NCBI GenBank assembly: GCA_039621445.1
Contig: CP154954.1
Location: forward strand, 37,123,703-37,187,702
DNA length: 64,000 bases
Direction: 5' to 3'
Origin: Euglena gracilis
Taxonomy: Eukaryota
Position numbers and translations under genes: made by a program. The notes below the pieces were generated by a model. The model had not been told where the DNA came from. It saw only the letters and a list, made by a program, of their open reading frames with translations, and made no database searches. Position 1 is the first letter of the stretch. Each line of letters begins with the position of its first letter. This document shows positions 36,092 to 46,291 of this stretch, in pieces.

Positions 36092-37380
36092 GTGGTGTGT
36101 GTGTGTATTGGTGTAGAAACTGGGGGGGGGGGCAAGGGGGGGCGGCCATCCCCCCCCCCCGGAGATTTCCCCCCCGAGATTTTTTTGACTCAAAATTTTT
36201 TCGTCCCCCTGCCAAAAAATAATTACCCTCCAAATTTTTTTTGCAGTTTGTGAAAGAGTTCTTTCAGATTAAGAACCCAACTTTTCATTGAACTTTTAGG
36301 TGTTTTTGCTGTTGGACATCGCTTCCGTTTCGCCGCCCTTCGGGCGGCCAAACGGCAAGTTTTTTTTTGAAAATTTGGGCTTTTTAAGCACAATTCAGGC
36401 ATTTGGGCTTTTTTGCCATTTTTGGCTTATCCCCCCCCCTTATTGTCCCACCGACCTTCCCCCGGGAGGCCCGACCGGACAATGAGGGGGGGGGAAATAA
36501 GACCGTACCAAAGGATTTTCATTGGCCGGGCCAAAAAAACCCCTGTCGGCCGGGGCCCAGGGACAATAAGGGGGGGGGGACAATGAGGGGGGGGTATTGA
36601 TTTTGGGCCCATTTCAGGCCATTTAAACCCTCCCCCCCTCATGAGAAACCCGTTTATTATAGGTGGGTTTCCAGAAAATGGCCCGATATATTCTTATAGG
36701 TGGGGGTTTCTTATAAATGGGTTTCAATGTCCGAAAAAAATTTGAGCCGACAAAAGGCCAAAAGTGGCCAAAAGCAGTCAAAAATTTCTTTCAGCGTGGG
36801 GAGGGGGGTTAATTTTCTTTTCCCTTTTTTTTGGTCCCTGTAATAATGACCAAATTAGGAATCTCCAAACAACAAAATTTGAAAAAAATTGCATCGATCA
36901 AGTTTGGAGTTCAGCCCCAAATAAGGAACTAACAACCCAAATTTCAGAATATAAACCCCAAAATGTTCAAAATAGCCCAAAAAAACTATTCAAGGTGGCC
37001 CAAAATGGCCCAAAATGGCCAAAATGGCCAACGTGGCCCAAAAATAGCGTACCACCCCCCCTTATTGTCCCCCCCCTTATTGTCCCTCGGCCCCGGTCGA
37101 CGGGGGGTTTTTTTTGGCCCGGCCAATGAAATTCCTTTGGTACCCCCTCATTGTCCCCCCCCCTGTTGTCCGGGCCTCCCCGGGGGAGGTCGGTGGGACA
37201 ATAAGGGGGGGTAAACTCCCACCTATAAGAAACCCTTTGAGGATTTTTGGACCGACGCCCACCTATAAAAAACCCCCACCTATAAGAAACCCCTGGGGAG
37301 CTTGAACCCAACCACCTATAAGAAACCCCCTGTTTTCCTGATAAAGCCGACATTTTCCAGTTTTTTCCGGACCCCATAAA

Positions 37381-37411
<31 letters not shown>

Positions 37412-37418
<7 letters not shown>

Positions 37419-37699
37419 GCTCCCAACTATAGGGCTGTTGGGAGTAGGGGGAATAGTTGGGAGTAGGGGGGGGGGGTGGGGTTAGTTGCGTTAATGATGG
37501 AGTAGGGATAGGTGCGCGACTTAGGCTAAGGGATAGGCCTAACTGGTACACCGAACACCCGTCTGTAAGTTAGGCCTAACCCTAAGCCTAACTCGCGCAC
37601 CTAACCCTATCCCATCATTAACGCAAAAAAATTATCCTGACCCCCCCTCCCAACTATAGGGACCCCCCCGGGGGGGCCCCATAGTTGGGAGCTGCCATA
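37412..37699. mobile_element. Foldback MITE inserted in a (TA)n microsatellite
   Basis: TIR tatggcagctcccaactat / atagttgggagctgccata, with (TA)n on both sides. Core palindrome shared with 44-187. Confidence 0.9.
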
Positions 37700-37718
37700 T
37701 ATATATATATTTATATAT

Positions 37719-38144
37719 ATAAACCCCCCCAATTAGAAGCCCCCCCCCCCCCAATAACAACCCCCCCAAATAGAAGCCCCCCCCCCCCTCAGGTTTCCCG
37801 CCAAAAATCCAAATAACAGCCCCTCCCCCCCGGCCAACCCGGGGCGAAACTTGACAAAAAAATTCCGAAAAATGGTGAAAAACTCGAAAATTCTCCACGA
37901 AAAAAGTTCGACATTGGGAACAAAAGTGATATCTAGCATCCTTGAAACATGGCCTATCCACCCAAAAACCAGAATAAATGCGTCTTGCAAGTTTTTAAAC
38001 TTGGACCCCGTTCGATCCCCGGATCGACCGCCGGCCGAAGTTTTTCCTTTAGACAAAGGGTACCCAATTAGAAGCCCCCCCCTCGGGTATTCCGCAGAGT
38101 GACCGAATAGTAGCCCCGGGGGGCTTCTAGTTGGGGGGGTTTAT
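37719..38144. mobile_element. TA-flanked MITE with tagaagcccc motif
   Basis: TIR aaacccccccaattagaagcccc / ggggcttctagttgggggggttt between (TA)n tracts. Confidence 0.85.
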
Positions 38145-38446
38145 ATATATACATATACATATACATATATATACACATACATATGTGTAACGTGACCCCC
38201 CTTAGTTGCACTAAGGCTTCTTGTTTGTTAATGGCCGGCGCTAACTTCGCTTCTGGCCCAGTTTGCTGCGTGGTGAGTGGCCAGGGACCCCTTACACCAG
38301 TCCTCTTTTGTTGCTCCCCCTGGCCGGGTGAGTAACTCTGGTGTAATTCCAGTGCTGTAGGGACATACACTCACCTTGTGTGGTTGGTGTGGTTCCCGTG
38401 GGTGGGTCTGCACCCTTGCGCCCCAGTGCTGCTCTTGCCTCCTTGC

Positions 38447-38977
38447 CAGGGTTGACGTTTGTTTGTTTTTTTAAAAAAAACATGTTTTTTTTAAAAAAAA
38501 ATGCAAAAAAAACATGTTTTTTTTGAAAAAGCAAAAATTGACCTTTTTCCTTGCGAAACCGCCATTTTTTGAGGAAAATTTTTCGGGTGTGGTTCAGGTC
38601 ACGGGGGGGGGGGTCACGGGGGGGGGCACGGGGAAAACCACATTTTTGGTGGCCAAATTAGGAATCACCGAAAAAGGATTTTGGGGGGAAAATCCTTTTT
38701 GGCTCCAAATTAGGAATCCCCCAACCTAAAATTAGTATTTTGACACCAAATTAGGCATCACCAGTCTAAATTTTGCAAAATTCATGCCTCAAAATTAGGA
38801 ATCTACCTCAATATTTTGTCAAATTAGGCATCACCGGCCAAGTTTTTTTCAAAAAAAATTGCAAAAAATTTTCCCCCAAACCCTCGATGACGTTTTTTTT
38901 GTTTTTTTAAAAAAAAACATTTTTTTTTGAAAAAAACATGTTTTTTTGTTTCAAAAAAAAACAAGCCGTCAACCTTG
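38447..38977. mobile_element. hAT-like MITE with a nested aaattaggaatc-motif fragment
   Basis: TIR cagggttgacg / cgtcaaccttg. Flanks cctccttgc / cctcctgc are a near-perfect TSD. Confidence 0.75.
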
Positions 38978-39065
38978 CCTCCTGCCCTCTTCCCACTTTT
39001 CTGTGTGGAGGATGTATGGCGCAGGCACAACGCCATGACTTGACCCCCCCTAACATAACATGACA

Positions 39066-39273
39066 TAACGTGACCCCCCCCCTATATGGCACCCCCCAGG
39101 GAGCGTTTTGACCCCCCCCCCGGCGACAATTAGGGGTGGGTGACAATTAGGGGTGGGGTTACTCAATTCACCCTACATGTCCATGGGTCCATGGGTACCC
39201 CACCCCTACTTGTCGCCCCCAAGGGGGGGGGGCGACAATTAGGGGTGGGTGACATATAGGGGGGGTCACGTTA
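39066..39273. mobile_element. TA-flanked MITE
   Basis: TIR taacgtgaccccccccctata / tatagggggggtcacgtta. Internal gacaattagggg repeats. Confidence 0.82.
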
Positions 39274-41158
39274 TATATATATATATATATCTATCTATAT
39301 TTATATACATATGGCCGATATGGGAAACTCGATGTCCGATATGGGACATTGGAAATTATTGTTCCGTTTCGTGCAGGTACACGTTGTGCTCCATTTTCAT
39401 TGTCATCTTCTCTGGCTTGGTGCTTGTCCTCACGGCGAAGACTCGAGCAAAGTTTGAGTGGGGTGGTGCTTTGACAGCAACGTTGGTGGTTTCACTTCGA
39501 TTTTGTCTGGCTGGGTGGGCATGCAAGTTGCCACCTACCAATGCTCGTACAACTATCAACGCTACACAGAACGGCCCGAAGGTTGCTTTCCCTGCTCTGA
39601 TGACATCCATCTCCTTTTGTTCAGGGTTGGACTGACTCGTTCAACGTCGCCTTCAGGGCTGGTGGTGTCATGGGTTTCGCCTTGTGCTCTCTGGCCATCC
39701 TCATCCTGTTCGGACTTCTCGACCTTTTCGAGAAGCATGTTGGTTCTGCATCAACTGGAGAGGCTAAGCTGCTGTTTGAGTGTATCGCTGGTTATGGTCC
39801 CGGTGGTTCTTCCGTGGCTCTTTTCGGACGCGTCGGAGAAGGAATTTACACCAAGGTGCGCCACAGTCAGGACTGCGGTTTCAGGACACATATTTCTGTT
39901 TTTGAAGAAAATGCTGCTGAAAACAGTATCGTTTTTGGCCGATGCTTGGGTTGACTGCTAGTTTCACAAAGTGACTGGCGTTCTTTTTTTTGAACCGAAG
40001 TGATTCATTCGAAGCCGTCCGAAGGTCATCTTGGGACAACCAAGCTGTTATTTTGGGTTGAGTGGCTTCCATTCAAATGGGGGGGGGTTGCCAAGGGAAG
40101 CCAAGGGGGGGGCACACCGTTGCTCAAGGTGTGTCCAACTCGACCCTGACTGATGACTGGTTTTTTTGCTTGCCCTCTGGTGGGGTCAGCCACAAATGGC
40201 TGAAAGGAAAGAATGTGAGGATTTGGCCAAATTCCTCTCATTTTTGGCCACTTTTGGCCGAGCACTGTATTTTAGTCGGCGCCGAGCCCACCTGGGGGGG
40301 GGGGTGCCTGGGCAGGCACCCCAAGGTACAAAAATCCGACCCGGGCACTCAGCCAAAAGTGCCCAGCAGGCACTCCGGTGCCGAATGCGCCACAGGGCTC
40401 AGAAAAGGCCTATTTTCAAGGAAAATTGGCTGTTTTCCGAGGAAAGTTCCTGGGCACAGGCCGAAATCCGACTTGAACAGAACTGGCACAAAAAAAGAAG
40501 ATATTACCCGATTTTTTCTTGCCGGGTGGGGGTTTTTGTAGGCATTTGGGTGGATTTCGAGTCATTTTCCTTCATGTTTGAATGAAATGTTTTTTGGAGG
40601 GCTTGACAACGTTTTCAGAGGGGGGTGCGCTTAAAATTGGTGGTTAGGGCGACTGATCGCTACGACCACCAATGGTCGCTGGCGACGGTCCAGTGACCAT
40701 GGTCGCTAGCGACGTCCATCACCAATTTCTCGCTCGGGGCCATTAGCCGGGGTATGGGACAAGATTGAGGGGGGAAGGTAAGTGTTTTTGCGTTTTTGAC
40801 AAATTTTTGACCAAAAAAAGCGTTCAATAATAAAATACCATGCCCTCCCCCCTCCCGAGCTATTCCGGTCCCATAACCCTTTACGGCCAATAGGAACAGC
40901 GAGGGGGACAGCTCGGGGGGGGGGGGACCGAGGTCCCCCCAGGCCATTCCCATATGCGAACCTCGGGCCCCCAAAGGGGGGCCTTCTGGGGCAATTTTTG
41001 GATGTTCGACCACTTTTCACAGGCTTGATTTTTGGGGGCGTCCCCTCCCTCGGGGTACCGCGCCGGGCAGGGTGGGTGGGGGGAGAAGAGAGAGGGACCC
41101 CCCCGGGGGTCTTGCAAAGAGGCTGGTTGCCAACCAGGCTTTCAAGCTGTATTCAGAT

Positions 41159-41461
41159 CAGGCTTGTGCTCAGTTGGGTGGCTACCCCACGGGGGGGGGG
41201 GGGGGCTGCTAGGGGCAGGCACCCCATAGCACCCGGTCCGACCCCGGGGGGGGGGGAGGGTTTTTGGGGGGTGCCTGCCCATAGCAGGCACCGCACTCCG
41301 ATTACGGTGCCGAAGGCGCTGGGGGCCCGGAAAAGGCCATTTTCAATAAAAATTTTCTGGGTCCCCCCGACCCCTACCCCCCCGGGGGTGTGCCTGCTAG
41401 GGGCAGGCACCCTATAGCACCCACCCACCCCCCTCCCCCCCGGTCGGTACACACAAGCATG
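41159..41461. mobile_element. hAT-like MITE with 8-bp TSD; partial copy at ~43660-43804
   Basis: TIR caggcttgtg / cacaagcatg. Exact TSD attcagat at 41151-41158 and 41462-41469. Confidence 0.9.
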
Positions 41462-41840
41462 ATTCAGATCAGGGGTTTTCAAGCCCGTGGCCCTACCTCC
41501 CGGGGGGAGTTCCAGCCAGCACCTCCCAGCCGTGGACCCAGGGATCATACGTGTGGGAAGATTTTTTCCCAGGTGGGGAGACCAAAAAATTTTTTCTGGT
41601 GCTGTGTGTTTTCCAATGATATCAGAGCATTCTGTGGGCAAAGCATGTCACTCAGACAAATCATTTTTCCAAAGCGAAAGTGGACACCTGCAAGTTGTTT
41701 CATTTTATGAACTCATCCAGGATGTCATCAAGGCTCAACGCCCAGAGATCCTCCTTGTAAACATCACACAGTGACAAATGGTTCAGGGGGGCTTGCCGAA
41801 TTTGTGACCGAAGGTAAGTTTTTGGGTGTGGTGCAGGTCA

Positions 41841-42269
41841 CAGGGTTTGATATAAGGAGGGCGTACATGGTTTAGGTGGGGGGGGTGTCCCCCCCACCCT
41901 CCCCCCCTCCTGGCCCGCAGGGGGGGGTCCGGACCACCCCCCCCCCACCTGCAAGGGGGGTCCGGACCGACCCTCGGGGGTAAAATTTGACCCCCCCAAA
42001 AAGGGTCAATTTTTTCCTCCGGCGCTTTGCGCCGAAAATTTTTTGCATTTTTGGCACATTTTTGCCCAAAAAGTGCCCAAAATGGCACTTTTGGTCGTTT
42101 TGGGGGGTCAAAAATTTTCGGCCCGGCGCAAAGCGCCGGGCCGAAAATTTGGCCACCCTGACCGCGCACCTGTTTAGGTGGGGGGGGGTGTCCCCCCCAC
42201 CCCCCCCCCCTCCTGGCCCGCAGGGGGGGTCCGGACCACCCCCCCCACCTGTCCTTATATCGAACCCTG
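41841..42269. mobile_element. hAT-like MITE with 8-bp TSD
   Basis: TIR cagggtttgatataagga / tccttatatcgaaccctg. Exact TSD gcaggtca at 41833-41840 and 42270-42277. Contains an ~80-bp internal direct repeat. Confidence 0.92.
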
Positions 42270-43924
42270 GCAGGTCACGGGAGGGGGGTCATGCGGAACA
42301 CGCCACTTTGGAGGCAGTCCGGAGCAGGGGAAGCATTTTTTTCTCCTCCACTTTCTACACCCCTGCCAGGGGTCCGCAGAAATAAAGTTTGGGCCAGCCC
42401 AGCGAAGGCGGACCGAAAAAATTTTGGCGCAAAGCACAGAAAATTTTGGAAAGAGGCGTTGTTAGGGAGGTTTGGTTCTTCACCTCTGAAAAATGTCAAC
42501 CCATCTGGTTTTGGTCTTATTGGGCATTTTTGGGGACCCAGCCCCAGAGCACCTTTGCGGGATGGGGCGTCCAGCCAGCACCTTTTTTCCCTGCTCGCCA
42601 TCAGAAACCGCTGATTTCCCTCAGAAATCGCTGATTCAGATAGGTTTTGGTGATGGGTGCGGCAGCTGTTTGTCGCATTCCTCTTTGCTTGTAGGAGGAT
42701 GTGGAGACCGTGTTGAAGGTGCTGCTGTTTTCCATGGCCCTGCTGATGTCTGGGGCGACACTGCCCATGATGAAGTATTGGCTGCCAGAGACATTTGGCT
42801 TCATGACTTGTTTGGGCTCCAATGGAGTGGTGCTGTTTCTGCCCTTTCAGCTTTCGGGTGGGCCTTGGATGAGACACCTGGCTTGCTGACCTGATGTGAC
42901 TGAAGGCATTAATGCTTTCTGAGGCTCAATTGTTTGTGACTGCTTTAGTGATTGTGCGAATGATGACTTTGTTCAAACTGCAGTCTCTGATGTTTGATGA
43001 ACCGATTTCTCTGAAGCGAGAAGAGCCCCAGCAACGCTGGCATGGGACAATGAAAATTTAGTCATTGGAAACACATGATTTTTGATCCTTCATCTGCACA
43101 GAGAAATTGATTTTGGCTACCTCCCCCCCCCCTGCCCAATGAATGCCCTTGTCCAATGAACAGGGGGTGTTCGGGCCGTCGGGATTGTCACCATATACCT
43201 TATCTGCACAGAAACCGTACCCCAAGCCCAATGAACACCCCCCTTTCGGACCGTCTAGATTGTCACCTTAGTGTCCATTGGGCTTGGGGGGGGGGAGAGG
43301 TAGGTCCACCTTCCACTGGGTCCACCTTTCCGGTTGGTTTCTGAAATCCTGCCAGAGGTGGCCAAGCCTGTTCCACTCTTGGTTGTGGAATTAAACATGG
43401 AAGCGTGAAGCTGAAAATGAAGCTGAGAAAACTGTAACACCAGTGCTTGTTGGTTGCATTTTTGTTTCCCACATTGGGCGTTCAGGTGAGAAGGCTGGCC
43501 AGCCCAAACTGCTCTCCTCTCCAGGCCAATGGAACCACCTGGTGCGGAGTTGGCAAATGAGTTTTCCCCCAGAGTTGGGGATATAGGTTCACTCAATCCA
43601 ACCCCTCCTTGGAGGGATCTCGACAGTGGGTTGGTGGGGGCTGCCGGGGAGCCAGGAGGGGGTCGGGTTTTGGGGGGTGCCTGCCCATAGCAAGCACCCC
43701 CCTCCGACCCCGGCGCCGGGGGCTCGGAAAAGGCCTTCCCCGGGGGGTATGCCTGCTAGGGGCACCTTATAGCACCCCCCCCACGGTCGGTAAGCACAAG
43801 CCTGTGGGTTTTGTCAGGTCTTGGATAATTTGTTGTGTGGGAGCCGACACCCCTGCATAGATTGATTTTAGCCAACAAACGCCTCATTTTATTCATGTGC
43901 GGTTATTTTTTTCCTCTCCCCCAG

Positions 43925-44066
43925 CCAATTCCATGCCACTGGTGGGGTGCTTATGCCTGCGTTCTGATTGGGCTGTGGTCAGGCTGCTTGATTGGGTTCA
44001 TCACAGAGTACTACACCTCCCACAGCTACACCCCTGTTTGTGAAGTTCCACAACCTTGCGAGACAG
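43925..44066 (+). pseudogene. Single exon of a membrane H+-translocating pyrophosphatase (V-PPase family); probably an orphan, decaying copy
   Basis: Polypyrimidine tract plus AG at 43923-43924 and GT at 44067. Peptide WWGAYACVLIGLWSGCLIGFITEYYTSHSYTPVCEVPQPCETG matches the GLWxGxxIGxxTEYYTSxxYxPV...CxTG motif. Confidence 0.85.
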
Positions 44067-45323
44067 GTGGGCTTCAATTTTGATTTTCGGCTTTGTTCAA
44101 TTGTCAGTCTTTTTGATGGAAAAACTGGAAACGGCAGATCACACAGGGTGGACAAGAGTTACGGTTGCACGATGTTTTTAGAAGTGCCTTTTTCTTACTG
44201 TGTTTTATTGTGTGTTTTCCCGCTGGCACCAGTTTCCCACACTGAAGCTTCACCGTGGTGGGAAAATGGTTGGAAATGGCTAGAAAATGATGAAGGATGA
44301 AAATGAATTTCCTCACCAGTGGAAGGAAGTTCTCTCCAGTGGAAAATTGCACATCCCGGGGGAGCTCCAAAAGTTCCCGGGAGTCCAAAAATTTTATTTG
44401 CAATTTGCTTTTTTTTGTGTGAGGTTTTTTTCATCTTGCGTTTTCCCCCTGGGGGGTGGACCGCAGCTAGTCCAAATTTGGTTTGTATCTGTAACCACTG
44501 CATCCACTGGCTCCCAACCCAGCAAAATGACCACAGAAACCCCAAAAAATGACCACAAAAACCTAAAATTGACCGCAAAAGTCCCCAAAAAGCAATCAAA
44601 ATGACCTAAAATTGCTTCAATAACCTAAACTTGCCCAAAAACGCCAACAATGTCCACAAAATTGTGAAAGATAACCAAAATCACCAAAATGGCGCAAAAT
44701 GCCATTAAATGTGCTCATACTGGCCCAAATTAGCCCAATATTTGCCAAATCAGTGCAAAGTATCCCCAAAATTAGCAAACGTTGATCCAAAATGGTCAAC
44801 GTGGGAGTATTATTGGAAATTTGTGGAGAAATTTTTGGAGAAATTATTCCAAAAATGGGTTTAATTCTTCAAATTATTAAAAAAAAATTGCCAGCATCGC
44901 CCTTGTCACCAATTTTTTTTTGAAATGCCATCGAAATATCAGCTTTGGCCCAAATAACCTTTTCGGAGGTGGTTCTTTGAGCAGCATGCGTTGCAGGGCC
45001 AGGCATAATAACAAAAGAAGAGAGGCTGCGCAGAGACAAGAATCAGTCGCACTGAAAATTGCCCCTCAGGAAAAAAGAAACTGTAAGGCAAAAAAAAAAC
45101 TGGAAAAAAATTGCAACAATTTTTTTCTCATTTTCGGCCATTTTCGGCCATTTTCGGCCATTTTTGGGACCCCCACCTATAGAGCCCAAAATATCATTTT
45201 CTGCCATTTTCGGCCATTTTCGGCCATTTTCGACCATTTTTGGCCATTTTTACTATAGGTGCTTGCCCGGGCCTTATTTTGGGGGGGTTCACCAGGGGAG
45301 GGCGGGGCAGATCCACAGCGCAT

Positions 45324-45740
45324 GACAAGATGCAATGGATGCAGATGCTGAACAAGATGTCGGGACAAGATGCAGAAGTTGAACAAGATGCAGACTGGAA
45401 AAGATGCAGATGCAGATACTGGACAAGATGCAGGTGCTGGACAAGATGCAGACATTGGACAAGATGCAGACGTTGTTCAAGATGCAGACACTGGACAAGA
45501 TGTCGACACTGGAGAAGATGCAGATGTTGTACAAGATGCAGATGCTGGACAAGATGCAGATGCTGGAGAAGATGCAGTGTATGCAGATACTGGACAAGAT
45601 TAAGATCTTGACAAGGTGCAGGTATTGGATAAGATGCACACACCAGACAAGATGCGGTGATTGTTGATGCAACGGATGTAGATATTGGACAAGATGTAGA
45701 TGCTGGGCGAGATGCGATGTTGAACAAGGTGCAGACATTT
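45324..45740 (+). repeat. Degenerate 18-bp minisatellite (ggacaagatgcagatgct)
   Basis: About 20 imperfect tandem copies. Confidence 0.88.
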
Positions 45741-46291
45741 GGTGAGCACATTTGATGTCAATATTTGAATATTATGGACCAATCATATGTTGTTGTTCAC
45801 GACTGGGAGGACCGCCGGGGGCTGGTCGGAGGGCGTGTCGACCAGCATCGGGGAGGTGGCCATGAGCTCACCACGACGGCGAAGGAGTTTTGCCGTGCGC
45901 TCAGCAAGGGCAACGTGCAACGCGAGCATGAACCGCGTCGCATCCGCAGCGGGGAGAGCGTGATGGTGCAGCACGGTGGAGGGAACCAGCGCCGCCAGCA
46001 GGGGGAGGCAGTGCGCCGTCAGCCATGCCAGTGAAGGGGGCGGCACACTCAGCTGCGAGGTAGCGCTGGCCAGAGGGCGTGGTGGCTGGTGTGTGTGTGT
46101 GTGTGTGTGTTTTGTGTGTGCTTGTGGTTTTTTTCCTTTTTTTCTCCTTTTTTGGGGGGATGGTATGGCAGACTGGTAGGTGACCTATGCTCACTCCATT
46201 GCATATGGGCTATGGGTGGTGGGGTTCACCGCTCCAGATGGCTCCGCAACCGCACCCCATGCCAGGTGGCGGGCCACTTCTCTTGCCAATG

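Noticed and set aside
39330-40080. Complex sequence with minus-strand ORF fragments
   Set aside because: Contains stops and frameshifts, and I cannot recognise a family; left unassigned.
42560-43600. Possible coding remnant on the minus strand
   Set aside because: Multiple stops and no recognisable domain.
45194-45751. DADAGQ / HLVQ repeat proteins
   Set aside because: An 18-bp minisatellite open in multiple frames, with no splice or other coding context.
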